A stretch of 64,000 nt of DNA from the human T2T-CHM13v2.0 reference genome, Homo sapiens (GCF_009914755.1 NC_060930.1), one strand, 5' to 3'; positions 33,273-46,975 are shown, counted from the first letter of the stretch. Notes: generated by a model from the sequence alone, not told the origin. Made by a program: numbers and translations.

Positions 33273-34271
33273 CGAGAGCTGAAACTGGCAGCAGGAGGAG
33301 GGAGTCGGGCAGGGGTGCTGGGAGGAGGCGCGGCAGCGGCTCCGCGCCCCGAGGTCTCGGCCGCCCCCGCGGGGCGGGGCCGCGCAGGTTCCCTGAGGCT
33401 CCAGGTAGCCCAGAGGGGAGGCGGCTGGGAGGGGCGGGAGCCTTGAACCTGCCTCAGGGGAAGAGAAACCCGACTGCGGGCTCGGAGCCGTTTCTTGCAA
33501 GGGCGAGCGTCAACTCGGCAGGGATTATATTAACCAGGTCAGCGAAATGAGTTTGAACCCCTCCGAATCACAGTAGCGGCCACAAGGCACTTCCTCCCGC
33601 TCCCCTCCCTCTTCCTAACCCCCAGCACCTCTTTTCTTTTTCGTTTCTTTGCACGGTTTGTTTCCTTGACAGAATGTAACATTCATAGTTGTACTCTTGT
33701 AACCACACCGGGTCTAGCAGGTGGGGAGTCGAGTGCATCAACCCTGAAATCAGCCTTTGAAAATCCTCTGACTGTTGGGTCTGAGATCTTGTCAGAGCAG
33801 ATAAAGGAAAAGTTATTTCAGGTTCCTTAGTAGAAATTAATCATGCTTCTAGGACGACTTAGAGCAAGCAAATCGCATGCAAAGTTCAAAGGCGAGCCTG
33901 GGTGGCCAGCCTGGCAGGGAAACTCAGGAGCTGGGCGCGTGAGCAGCCCCGGACTCGCCCTGCTGCGTCCTGGCCCCTTCAGGTCCTGCAGAAGTCACTC
34001 TCCACCTTGCCCCCAAGACCTTAGTTTTGCACATCTTTGCCTCTGTGCTTAGCTTTTAAGAGGCACGGAAGGACATGGCATGGTCATGTATTAGCGCTGG
34101 AAAGTACCTTAGAAATAGGATCCAAGCAAGCCCTTATTGTAAAGGCGAGGAACTGAAGTCTTGAGAGAGAGGAAGTGATTTGTCCAAGTCATACAGCTAG
34201 GTGGAGGCTAGACTAGAACCTTTGCCTCCAGAACCCTAGTCCTGTTGATTCCCGTGCTCTCACCTGACGTT

Positions 34272-34290
34272 GGCTGCCCCCTGCGGGCGG
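34272..34290 (-). promoter_or_regulatory. Intron 1 CTCF motif
   Basis: Minus strand CCGCCCGCAGGGGGCAGCC fits the CTCF core. It lies ~2.7 kb after the TSS, where a Myb intron 1 CTCF site is known. Confidence 0.75.
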
Positions 34291-36146
34291 CTGAATAGGT
34301 TGCTTGTTCCTGGGTTGTTAAACCGCTGCGGAGAGAGAGGTGCTCAATGACTACTCTGAAAAATGTGCTCAGTTCTGAAAATGTGACCTCTAGATCCAGC
34401 CAAACCTGAAAAGTTAATTCGACTTGAATCTATGACTGCAGTTTCAGATTCCTCTGGTTTTCTTGGTGTCTCTCACATTTCACAAGGGACTGCATTTGGG
34501 GTCTTTCCAAGGAGTTCCCTATGAATCTTTCAAAAGATGCAGACTTACACCTCTGGGCTTTATAGCTTTTTTTTTTTTTTTTTTTTTTTGCTTTATCATA
34601 TCGTGTTTTACATTTTTGTAGTTCTTGTTCAGAAGTTGTTTAGTGCCTCCTGTTGACAGTGGAAACAGAACTAGGCTATTGTTTCAAAACACAGACACTA
34701 AATGAAAGGAATTATTACAGATTATAAATATATATTTCCTGGGATTTTATTTGGTGGTGGTGGTATTTTAAATTTGGATTACATCATGTCGCCATTCAAC
34801 CTGGACTATCAGATTGTTGCTTAAAATAATAGCTTTAAATTATGAGAACCCCCAATTCAGGATTTTTGGTAAGCACTTCAGCTTCACTTGTAGGGGGCTG
34901 GTAATATGCATACCAGTGAGTTAGTTTGGGAAGACAAAACCTGTAATGAATATAACTTTTCTTTTTAAAAACAATGATTTACATTATGATATGGCTTTAT
35001 ATCATTGTTTTTATTGGTCTTAGTTTAATGGGTTTCCCAACATTGCAATGACAAATTTTAGTGAAGTTTCTAAGATAGTATTTTTCCTATTTTAAGTTTT
35101 ATAAGAAAAACTATAAAATAAACCGTGTCTGTAAAATTATTGTCATCTGATCAGTTGATTAGATTAACAAACATTATGATTATGATTAACAAACAGTAAG
35201 CATATAGTTACTTCTTCAAAAGTCATAAAATTTCCTAGGTTAGGTTAACTAAATAAAAGAAAAAGCTTTCGAAAATAGTAATGGGTTCTTTTAAATCCAT
35301 GGCTTTTTTCTGGGGAAATCCCTTCTGGATTAGGTTACATTTTATAATATTTCAAACACCATTCCATCAGAGACAGAAAAAACAAGAGTAAGTAAGACTC
35401 TGACTAACAAGTGGCCTAATTATTCACTTAGTTACTCTAGAAACTAAGTATTGTAAACATGGGCACAAGTTGGATCAACCAGGCCTGGAGTTGTGAGCAA
35501 TTTGGTATTAATTTTATTTACAAAACATTAAAGCTTGATCACTCAATGTTCTTATCTTTGCTTTGGTTTTAAAATCCTTTCCTCTTAGATTCTCCTAATC
35601 CTCTAGACTTTATGGGATCACTATAATTCTGTTTTGCGCTGTACTACTTCTTGATTTTTTTCTTCTTTTAATAAAACAAAAACCCCATTGGAATAGCATA
35701 GTTGAATTGTTTATTATGTTTGAGAAATATTATTTAAACGATGTGACAGATGCCAAAGATTTTGAGTGTGCACTTATATAAAGGACATGGGTTCTTGTTC
35801 CTTTTCTTATCCTTAACCTTAAGTTTTCAACTTAAACCTTCACTGGTTGGAAGGTGGCCAAATGTGTAACTTGTCCCTGGTCTAATAGTAACAGCAGGTT
35901 CAGACATGCAGGGGAATAGGAAGGTGCCAGGTCCTTGGCCGTGTCTGTGGATACCCATAACAGCAGAACCAGTTTACAATACTAGAGCAACAGAATGCAG
36001 CAAACAATCTTGTTGTGCAAGTTTTCAAAGTTTTGTCTTCATAACCTTTGAAAAGATTGTTGAGGAGTTTTGTGTAAGTTTTGTAATCCAGTAGTAGTCT
36101 AAATCCTCTTGTTTCAGCCCACGTCTACCCATTCTTATTTCTGCAG

Positions 36147-36264
36147 CATATATAGCAGTGACGAGGATGATGAGGACTTTGAGATGTGTGACCATGACTA
36201 TGATGGGCTGCTTCCCAAGTCTGGAAAGCGTCACTTGGGGAAAACAAGGTGGACCCGGGAAGAG
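36147..36264 (+). CDS. MYB: MYB exon 2 (acidic N-terminus, CK2 sites S11/S12, start of repeat R1; internal Met21 at 36184)
   Basis: ctgcag|CATATAT...GAAGAG|gtaact; encodes SIYSSDEDDEDFEMCDHDYDGLLPKSGKRHLGKTRWTREE. Confidence 0.98.
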
Positions 36265-38077
36265 GTAACTAATCATTTTATCAAGACGCAGAAAATAGAT
36301 AGAGTGTATAATTTATAAAAAACAAAATTTCAACTAAACTACAGGTGCTCAAGCTCATTAGCAGGCTCCTTGAGATCTTATCCTAGCCCGCATGTGCAGC
36401 GTGCCCTATGCCCCCCACTTCATTATATTATCCATTTCCACACTATTTGCAGTTCTTTGAATGTCCTCTTCTCATTTTAGGCTTCATCTGTGTTTCCTTT
36501 TGCCTGTTGAGTTCTCATCCTTTTGTCCCACCTCTTCTTCCTACTTTTACATTACCCATGAAGGCATCACCTCTTCTGTGAAGCCATCCCTGGCTTCGCC
36601 GGACAGGATTGGATGCATCCTCCTGTGATCCCATGCATGGGTGCATGTTCTACTTTATTGTTGCTGGGACATATATACCTCCTCCAGCTGACTGCAAGTC
36701 TGTTGAGGGCAGGGCTCTTGTCTATTCATCTTTGTGTTTCCTGAATTCACAAATGCTTGGACCCAAAATAGGATATTAATAAATGTTCTCTCAATAAGTG
36801 AATGACTTGCTACTCCCAAAAACAAAACAAACAAAAGAATAAAACAAAACACTCAGAGAACTCATCTTTTTACAGTGTATTGATTTAATATCCTTGATAT
36901 ACTTAACAGAGCCATCTATATGAAGGTATGTTTTAAAATCATCCGATAATGGATGGAGACACATCTGCTTCTCCTGTTTCTTTTTCGGCTGGCTTATCAA
37001 AAGTTTGATTTTGTAGGAATGGAAAAATATTTTAGAAGCAAAATTATTAATATGTGGAGAAAAGTTTCTCTAATGTTCTTAAAATTTTTGCAACTAATTT
37101 TAGATGATTCATGTTACAATAAATGGTATTGGCTCTTCTTCAGTTTCACTGTTCTCTGCTTCATTTAAACCAGAGCTCCTTTTAACAGGCAGGTAGGATT
37201 CCCAGAGAGGCCCATAGGAAATTCATATTTTACCTATTAAGATTATCCACTTGGATAATCCTTATGATACGGAAATTCTGTTGTCAACATTGGTTTCCTA
37301 ATTCTTGTGTCTGTATTGTACCAGGGACCTCCACTGTGTGTGAATGTTACCTTTGCAGAAACATAAGAAGGAATGCATTTATATACTTATGAACTGGTAG
37401 GATTGTGAACAGCATATAAACTAAAAGAACTGATTAGCTGGAAATGTTTAATGTCTTTTATGTTCTAACACATCTGGCCTATCTAAATCTAACTGATTTT
37501 CTTATATAGCTTTCAAATTTAATTTTAAAAATGGTCTTTATTTCTTTATAAAAAGTTAAACTAACTGGAAATATTCTATTTCTTGCTCAAGATCCTATTT
37601 ATTACCATAGGTAAATGTGTACTGAATCTAGCACTGGAATGCATTTTTTCCTAACAGAGTAAAGCAGTTATTTATAATAAACACTCAATATATGCCAGGC
37701 ATTATGATAAATGTTTTGCAAAATTGCCTCATGTAATCCCCAAATAACCCTGTTAATATCAGCCTCATGTTAATAAATTGCCCCATGTAATCCCCAAATA
37801 ACCCTGTTAATTTCCATTTTATAGATGGCAATACTAAGGCCCAGAAAGGTAAAATGGTATACCCGCTTTACACAATTAATAGTTGAGTCAAGATGCCAAC
37901 TCTGGTCTGATTCTAAATAAATCTATACTCCCAAGTCCGTATATTACATTAATATCTCCTGTATTCGGATACTTTAGAGAGACTTTTTATTCTAGATTCG
38001 TTCCCTCATTCACTTTAACTTGAACAGAGTTATATAGTAAATAACTGATATCCTAGGATTACCTTTAAATGTCTTAG

Positions 38078-38149
38078 GATGAAAAACTGAAGAAGCTGGT
38101 GGAACAGAATGGAACAGATGACTGGAAAGTTATTGCCAATTATCTCCCG
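38078..38149 (+). CDS. MYB: MYB exon 3 (R1)
   Basis: ttag|GAT...CCG|gtaagt; encodes DEKLKKLVEQNGTDDWKVIANYLP. Confidence 0.98.
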
Positions 38150-38540
38150 GTAAGTTAGTAAGTTTTTCTTATAACGAAAGGAAAGCTTCTCCCAAAGATT
38201 TCTATAAAATATTCTAGGAGGAGTTATTAAGATAGTGTATAATTTACTCACATTTAAGAAGTGGGAGAAATGCCCTACCCATAACTTATATTTTATATTA
38301 TAATGCATATAATTAAATTATTAGAATTTAGATTATTAGAATCGATTATTATAATTTAGATTATCAAATTTTAAAAACAGTTGCTTCTTGTTTTATCTTT
38401 TCATTTATAGGATAATTAGTATTTTGATGATTTGTTACATGGTAGTTGATTAAACTTGATATTTCCTCCAAGTCAGTTTTTCCTGAATTCCCTATTTTTG
38501 TCAATAGCAATACTTTTGGCACCAAGGTTTAAAATTCTGA

Positions 38541-39177
<637 letters not shown>

Positions 39178-40034
39178 TGACTTGGCACACAGAGGCCCTC
39201 CTCTATTGCCCCAACTTACAGCTCCAGTTCTGTTTCCTGCTTCCTCTCTCTAAGCAGGTTTGCTTGAATTTATTTCTGCTTTACCTCCTCTGGGCTTTTG
39301 CTCCTGGTCTTCCCACCTCCTAGAATATTCTCCCTTTATGTCACCAATTAAAGTTCTGTCCATCCTTCAAAGTCCTTATGAAGAGCTCTTCAAGACTCCT
39401 CCCAAGGAAACCATTTCTCCTCCTAAGAAGATGCTTCTCTCCTCACTTCAGTATCATTTTGCTTTGGTCTTTTCTTCCAAGTGAATCAAATTCAGCATCT
39501 GTGATAGTCAGTCATCTACTTGTCTTTTCCTTCTTATAAGTTTACAAACTCCTGTAACATAGGACCTATCTTTTATGCATCTTTTTTCTTTCTGCAATAT
39601 AAATACTTTGGTCCTGGATTGAAGCACATCTCTTGTCTGAATGGGAAGCAAACTTTAGTCTTTTAGGGTGGTTTCCATGAAAGCCTGACAACATAGAATC
39701 TCTATCAAGCCTCAGGCTATGTAGATACTCTGCAAAAGTATCTGAGGTTAAGGTTAACTTGGCAGGCACATGTGTAGTATGATGGTCCTTTAGATCATGT
39801 GGCAGGAATGTTTCCCTCAGGAGGCAGAGTGTCTAATTTTAGATGCAACTTTGATATATTACTTGCATGTTCTGTAGCCTGTAAGTAATGAGGGATAGAT
39901 GGGCTCTAAACATGCTCTAAAATGTTCTTAAATATTTTCACTGCATATGGTCTATGTGTGATTCCTATTACAACAAAAAATTCACGTGCTTATCACATCA
40001 TATCTTTATGGTGGTGCATACTTTATTTGTCTAG

Positions 40035-40127
40035 AATCGAACAGATGTGCAGTGCCAGCACCGATGGCAGAAAGTACTAAACCCTGAGCTCATCAAGGGT
40101 CCTTGGACCAAAGAAGAAGATCAGAGA
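40035..40127 (+). CDS. MYB: MYB exon 4 (R1/R2)
   Basis: ctag|AAT...AGA|gtaagt; encodes NRTDVQCQHRWQKVLNPELIKGPWTKEEDQR. Confidence 0.98.
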
Positions 40128-40370
40128 GTAAGTTCTTTCTTCATTGGTGTGTGACTCATAATTAAGAATATTCCCAAAATGCTAATATTTTCCTATTTGA
40201 GGAAGCAGGTAAAATGGGCAAACAGGAAGTAGAGGACTCTATTCCCATATTTCCAGTGAATGAAAGCAAATTTTGGAAATTTTCTAAAGATCTTGTAACA
40301 CTGAAGAATGATTATACTGACTCATTACATAACTTTAAAACATAGGTTATTTTTGTGTGTTTATCTGAAG

Positions 40371-40591
40371 GTGATAGAGCTTGTACAGAAATACGGTCCG
40401 AAACGTTGGTCTGTTATTGCCAAGCACTTAAAGGGGAGAATTGGAAAACAATGTAGGGAGAGGTGGCATAACCACTTGAATCCAGAAGTTAAGAAAACCT
40501 CCTGGACAGAAGAGGAAGACAGAATTATTTACCAGGCACACAAGAGACTGGGGAACAGATGGGCAGAAATCGCAAAGCTACTGCCTGGACG
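40371..40591 (+). CDS. MYB: MYB exon 5 (R2/R3 DNA-binding domain)
   Basis: gaag|GTG...GGACG|gtaata; encodes VIELVQKYGPKRWSVIAKHLKGRIGKQCRERWHNHLNP...AKLLPG. Confidence 0.99.
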
Positions 40592-41024
40592 GTAATAATA
40601 TGTCAAAAAATATATTGATCGGGAAGAATGAGGGAGTGGGTATTGAACATTCTGCTTTAAATGTATGGTGAGTAAATTATATTTCATCAGTCGTAAGTGT
40701 TTTATTAGATAAACCAGCTACATAGCTTTTAGAGATTGAAGACATCTTAGAGTTTATTTGGTTGAGAACTTCCAGGATCCACCTGACAGTGAGCCCTGGG
40801 TGAAGACATTTAGCTTTCCCCAGCCTCAATTTCCCCATTTCCAAAATGAATCATACAGGGCCAGTGTTAGGATCAAGTAAAATGAATGTCAAAGGACTTG
40901 GTAAACTATAAAACTCTAAATGCATAGAAAGAAACTGAAGACAGTTTGTCTCTGGCAGTTCACGTAGCTGGTTAAGTTACTCAAAGGAACTCAGCTACCA
41001 TTTTCCTGATAACCATCATTCATT

Positions 41025-41336
41025 TCTTTTATTTTTTTTAATTATTATTTTTTAGAGACAGAGGCTTGTTCTGTCACACATGAGTGACAGAGTGCAGTGG
41101 CATGATCATAGCTCAATACATCCTTGAACTCCTGGGCTCAAGGGATCCTCCCACCTCAGCTTCTTGAGTAGCTAGGACTACAGGTGCACCCCACTACACC
41201 CAGCTGATTTTAAAATATTTTTTGTAGAGATGGAATCCTGCTATGTTACCCAGGCTGGTATCAAACTCCTGGCCTCAAACAATCCTTTCACCTCCCAAAG
41301 TGCTGGGATTATAGGCATGGGCCACCATACCTGGCC
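41025..41336 (-). mobile_element. Alu (AluJ-like), intron 5
   Basis: Reverse diverged dimer. Confidence 0.87.
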
Positions 41337-42541
41337 ACCAGTATTCATTTCATTATACCACTTTGCTTAATTTTTTACTTCATTGATTAAAGAAATAATG
41401 TATTTCTTGAATTCTCATACTACTTCCAGGTTTTTAAATAATGTCAGGGTAATAATGCTTTCTTTTTAATGAACAAGGCAAGAAAATGACCTCATTATGA
41501 GGGATAACTATGGAAGCTCATTTTGTCCCATTTTTCCCACTTAAGTAGTATATAACAGATTTTGTTCCTTTGGAAAGCAATACTTTTAATGATAAATCTT
41601 GCATTAAAATGATGTAGATCAAAAATATTAAAAATAGTTTTATTCTTGAGCTTCATAATCCAGGAGAAAGTTTATATAGTATTCTCTAGTGATGCTCCAA
41701 AGCATTTGCACCCTTGTGGTTCAGTATAAACTTAGAAATTTTAAGAGGTTGGTAAAAAAAGGCCTTTCCTCCCATATGGCCTGAGAGGATACACTGCTGA
41801 TTCTTCTCAAAATTAACAGGGCTATTGAACTTCCTCTTTCTTTAGCATACATTCCCCCACCCCCATTGAAATAGAAAAAGGGAGACTTAAACGGTTTTTT
41901 TGAATTGAGAAACTGTTTTCCTGAGAATGGAAAGACTTTAGTAAAAATGCGTTGCCTTTTGAAAATATACTGGGGGTTAGGATCTTTCCCTTTGGGATCC
42001 CATTTTCCACTCTCGTCTCTGTCTGATTCAGAAAACAATTGGGGTGGCTTTCAAAGAGTAGGAGGTTTTTTGGTCTCAGAAGTTCTCACTAGTGCTTTGA
42101 GAGATAAAGAGTGAAGTATTCTTCATCAGCAGCATCTTATCATCCACCAGACTTCACCATGTCCCTCTCGTGGTGTGTAGGCCCTGCTGTGCCACATTCA
42201 AAGGAGTAATTTCCCCAAGGCAGCTGGAACTTTACATTGTGTTGGAGTCTTGTACCGCGACCGGTCAGAATAAACATGAAGCGTTATCGTATTGAAAATA
42301 CTCCTTTACCAAGGAAATGGAATGGTTAAAAGATACTGATATTTCTAGAAAACGACATGCATTCCAGATTGTGTAACTAAGAGAAATCTAACTAGGCAAT
42401 AGAGAAAGCCTGATCTCAGAGGGTGGAGAAGAAGGAAACAATTAAAAAGAGAAAACAACTAATAGGCCCAAGGGAAAGGTCTCTGTTAGAAACAGTTTTC
42501 TGTCAATTCACTTTAATCTGAATTGAAATTTTTGTTTGTGA

Positions 42542-42943
<402 letters not shown>

Positions 42944-44081
42944 TAGATAGGGTGTAGGTATGGTGTGTTACCCCTGGTTTATGTCTCCAGAAACGAGGAT
43001 GGTAAGCGCTTTGCCCAGGGTGACACAGCTCATAGAGATAGTGCTGACTAGAAAACGAGCTGTCCGATTCTAAATTGCTGCTTCAAATCTAATTTGAAGG
43101 CAACCTTTGAATGTAAATTTACTTAAGGTACTATTGAAGAATAGGGGAATGGAGTCGCATTTGTAGATGTAATGTTTTTCTCTTCCAAAACGAAAAGGGA
43201 AGGTAGTATTATGTTTAAAGAGGAGAGAGTTTGACACTGAAATTCAGTGGTTATGGTATGTTTCATTCTGGCAGTGATCAGGCAGACATGTCTTAATTTA
43301 TTCACTCAGTAAGTGTTTACCTTCTTACTCTGAGTCAGGAGCAGAACTTTGTGACATTCATTTTCTGATGTCTCCTTTTAGTCTCCGTTGGATCAGTGTG
43401 ATCCCTTCCTTATTTCTAGATATTTATATTTAGGGAAAGTGATAATCCATAATAGGTGGAAAAAGAAGAAGAAAGAGGAAAAAAATCGAGAAACTTTAAT
43501 CTTAAGAATAACAATATTAAATGATAAAACTTACCCAAGAATAGAGAGCTCATATGCAAATTATATGCAAAACATGTTCATAAATAGTTTTTATTCTTCT
43601 CTGTCCATGGATTTGACTACAAACTTTACAGAAAGGTCTCAGATGAATAAATTATCATAAGAATTCCTGTGCTTTTTATTAAAACTCAAAATTATTCCAA
43701 GAAAAATATTTTTATTTACAAACAGCTGGTGCCATCAATTTTTCCCATAGAAACAATTTTGAAACATTCATTAATGTATTTTATAATATATTTTTTATTG
43801 TTTTTTTCATTGTGTTTTTCTCTAATTAAGGAACACTTCCCAAAATTTAAAGTGCTCATCAACACCTCCCAAGGATTTTTCACCATGTTCCTTTAGCTGT
43901 TTAGCCATTTTAAAGGCCTGGCTAAATTTCACATTAAAAGGTTTTAAAAATTTGTTTAGTGTATTTTATCAGTAAAGTGTTTTTTTTCTCTCAGTCCCAG
44001 AACGAAACCTCAGGAAGCCAAGTCCCCTGAAGCATATGTAGCCCTGAATGACGTGGCCTTTGTTTTGTCTTTTGCATCTAG

Positions 44082-44162
44082 GTCTCCAGTCATGTTCCAT
44101 ACCCTGTAGCGTTACATGTAAATATAGTCAATGTCCCTCAGCCAGCTGCCGCAGCCATTCAG
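44082..44162 (+). CDS. MYB: MYB exon 7
   Basis: ctag|GTC...CAG|gtaaga; encodes VSSHVPYPVALHVNIVNVPQPAAAAIQ. Confidence 0.97.
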
Positions 44163-44599
44163 GTAAGATCATTGATCATTCACTGTTCAAAGCACCACTT
44201 TTAAGAAATGCTTATTTCTTTCATCTAAACACATATTTTTACCTGAGCAACTAAAGTAAAAAGGAAAGGGAACATGGAGAGGAGAGCAGAGTCTTGGCCA
44301 GCAATCTATTAATCTTGTCTTCTAGAATGAGTTTGCTCTGGAATTTTCTGATTCTTTGATGTTGCAAGGTGAAATAACTCATCAGTCAGCATCCACTCTA
44401 GCCTGAGATTTCACATCACTCCCTTAAGTCTGAAATAACATTCACAAAGATTTCTGCAGGAGCCAAATTTGGTTGGTGGTGTTGTCACAGTGAGGCTCTT
44501 TGGGCTGTGCGGCACCTCATGACCATATTGGCTACACCCATTGTATTTGCAGCTTCCAATCAGACCTTTGTCTTTATTTCCCTTACTTTGTAATTTCAG

Positions 44600-44704
44600 A
44601 GACACTATAATGATGAAGACCCTGAGAAGGAAAAGCGAATAAAGGAATTAGAATTGCTCCTAATGTCAACCGAGAATGAGCTAAAAGGACAGCAGGTGCT
44701 ACCA
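44600..44704 (+). CDS. MYB: MYB exon 8 (transactivation domain, CBP/p300 KIX-binding LxxLL)
   Basis: ttcag|AGA...CCA|gtaaga; encodes RHYNDEDPEKEKRIKELELLLMSTENELKGQQVLP. An alternative in-frame donor CAG|gtgcta at 44695 removes VLP. Confidence 0.98.
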
Positions 44705-45203
44705 GTAAGACTGTCATCATGTGCTTGAATGAGGGGATAGCAGCTTTGCCTCAGTTTACCTAAGCGCTCTTCTCTTCTAAATATTACACTTAGCAAGGCT
44801 CCATATATCCATTCAGAATGTCTCAACACAAGAAGTTGCTTGTAGTAAAATGTAGTTGGTATCAGATTATATGCTGATTAAATTGGAAGCAGTCTTTTTG
44901 TAATTGCAATAAAAATGCAATATCCACTTATGATTGTTATCATCAATTTTTTTCTTCAGAAGGACTATAATCAGTTTAAAGACTAGCAAAGATAAAATGA
45001 ATGAAAATCTGCATTTTCTACAGAGCTATGTATCTATATGGTACCATTTTGGTTTTTTTCTATTATTTTGTTAACCTATATTTTCATATTTTATAATTTC
45101 AGACATGATTTGATGCATGTTCAGTATATACATGTAAAAGGTTATATATAAAACCTCTTCATAAATAACATTAGCTGCTCTCTTTTATTTGCATGTGTGA
45201 AAG

Positions 45204-45308
45204 TTATGTGGGCCATTACTGAATTCTGACATCTTTAGCGACTGGGCAGCCAACTGGGATGGCTCCTTGTGCTTTGCAACATACATAGTTAACCAACAAA
45301 GACAATAA
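45204..45308 (+). CDS. MYB: MYB alternative exon 8A, coding part (truncating; 350-aa product)
   Basis: aag|TTA TGT GGG...CAA TAA gives LCGPLLNSDIFSDWAANWDGSLCFATYIVNQQRQ* in frame with exon 8, a peptide I recognise from an annotated isoform. The exon's 3' end is uncertain. Confidence 0.72.
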   Translation, partial: LCGPLLNSDIFSDWAANWDGSLCFATYIVNQQRQ

Positions 45309-45991
45309 AAGAGAAGTGATGCCCAGTAGGTATTCCTAGGGGTAAATTTATTTTTTGTTAAATAATAAGATGTTTATGTGCACATGCTAGTTCGACCACT
45401 TTTTAACTTTAGTTAATGTTTTGCAATTTCTCCTGTTGTGTGGTCATACTGTAAGGAGACTTCTGTTAATTTGCTCTTCTGCTTTCCTAACCACGTTGAT
45501 TTGGCAGTGCTTCACTGCATCAGTGCAATCTGTAGCATTAGAAAGGGATAGAAGCAACAAGAATATGTGTAGATCAAAGCAACTCTAACTCCTGAGTCCT
45601 CTAGCTTTTTTGTGGTTAGAATGCAAATAGGACAGTTCTTCAGTTCTTCACTCACAGCAAGCATTTATGGACCTTTGGCAAATTATATTAAAGTGGAATT
45701 TTAAGACAATATGATAATTATACTTCGAAATATAGACCTATGATTTGACATTTTTACAAAATGATAACAAGGTAATCATATAGGTACAACCTCTAGCACT
45801 ATTAAAAACAGGGTCTTGCATTGATAAAAGGAAACATCTTGACAACTGTTTCATAGGCGTAAGTTTGGGATGATGCAACTACTCTTATCTTTCCTCCAAC
45901 AGCATCTGATACCTTGTGCAACTTCATTGCTAAGTTCCTTCTCCCTTTCTTCTGTCCTCTCTTTATTTCTACACCCTTCCCCCTTCCTTAG

Positions 45992-46246
45992 ACACAGAAC
46001 CACACATGCAGCTACCCCGGGTGGCACAGCACCACCATTGCCGACCACACCAGACCTCATGGAGACAGTGCACCTGTTTCCTGTTTGGGAGAACACCACT
46101 CCACTCCATCTCTGCCAGCGGATCCTGGCTCCCTACCTGAAGAAAGCGCCTCGCCAGCAAGGTGCATGATCGTCCACCAGGGCACCATTCTGGATAATGT
46201 TAAGAACCTCTTAGAATTTGCAGAAACACTCCAATTTATAGATTCT
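45992..46246 (+). CDS. MYB: MYB exon 9 (FAETL/leucine-rich motif)
   Basis: Long polypyrimidine tract; ttag|ACA...TCT|gtaagt; encodes TQNHTCSYPGWHSTT...KNLLEFAETLQFIDS. Confidence 0.98.
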
Positions 46247-46969
46247 GTAAGTAGAATTGTGAAGGGAAGTTAACGATTCTGGAAGATAAATTAGAAAACC
46301 CATTTCTTAAATCATTGCCATTTTCTATAGCCAAGCTGTTATTAGCATATATTAATGTAAAGGTAGAAGTATGATTTTCATCTTCATGAATATGTTTTTT
46401 CAAAGATCTGATTTCATAGCCTACCGAGAGAGACAAAAGTATTTATAAATACTTACAAAATAGGACTTTTGAAGGAAGAGTTTTTTTTCACATTTTCACA
46501 CTTTTCCTTCAAAAGTCATATTTTTAAAAATAGTCAGATTGATGACTTATAAAGCAGAGCTTGGATTATGGGAACGGAATGGTGTTTGAGTTACTTTTAA
46601 CTTTTTTTTTTCTTTGCTTACTTCATGGTGCTTCTCTAGAATTTTGTCTTGCTTTTGAACAGCACATTAATGATTTGGCTTACTCAGAGCTGAAAGCAAT
46701 CTTTTAGTGTATTTGAAGTAATAATCAGCTCCTTGGTCATACCTGGCTCTTTCCACAAAATGGTGATTATTGATTACTGGTCCCATTGCTTCACTGAGAT
46801 GAATCATCTTTCGTGAAACAAATTTGTATTCAGCACCTCCTCAGCGAACACTTGGTTCCTTTCCCAGTTGATTAAAAATCATTTATTGCACACTCATTGG
46901 TTAGGAGATGACCATTGCCGTAATATGCCATCTAGAAAAGGTCTTCATTTTGCTTTCCATTGCATGCAG

Positions 46970-46975
46970 ATGTAG
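46970..46975 (+). CDS. MYB: MYB alternative exon 9A, coding part (Met then stop; 402-aa product)
   Basis: tttgctttccattgcatgcag|ATG TAG in phase with exon 9. The exon's 3' boundary was not determined. Confidence 0.65.
   Translation: M

Larger units (their letters stand above)
30690..33600. promoter_or_regulatory. MYB: MYB CpG-island promoter (TATA-less), extending into intron 1
   Basis: Very high GC and CpG density with GC boxes. Perfect kB site GGGAATTTCC at 31095-31104, MYB site CAGTTG at 31058-31063, E2F site TTTGGCGGGA at 31490-31499, forkhead site TGTTTAC at 31537-31543. Confidence 0.93.

Noticed and set aside
30442-33550. Many long overlapping ORFs, including a 350-aa ORF at 32498-33550
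   Set aside because: Arg/Gly/Pro/Ala-rich products of stop-poor CpG-island DNA, running through poly(T) tracts. Only the frame continuous with MYB was kept as a finding.
45300-46250. Antisense lncRNA (MYB-AS1), which I recall lying near exon 9
   Set aside because: Its ends and exons cannot be supported from sequence alone.
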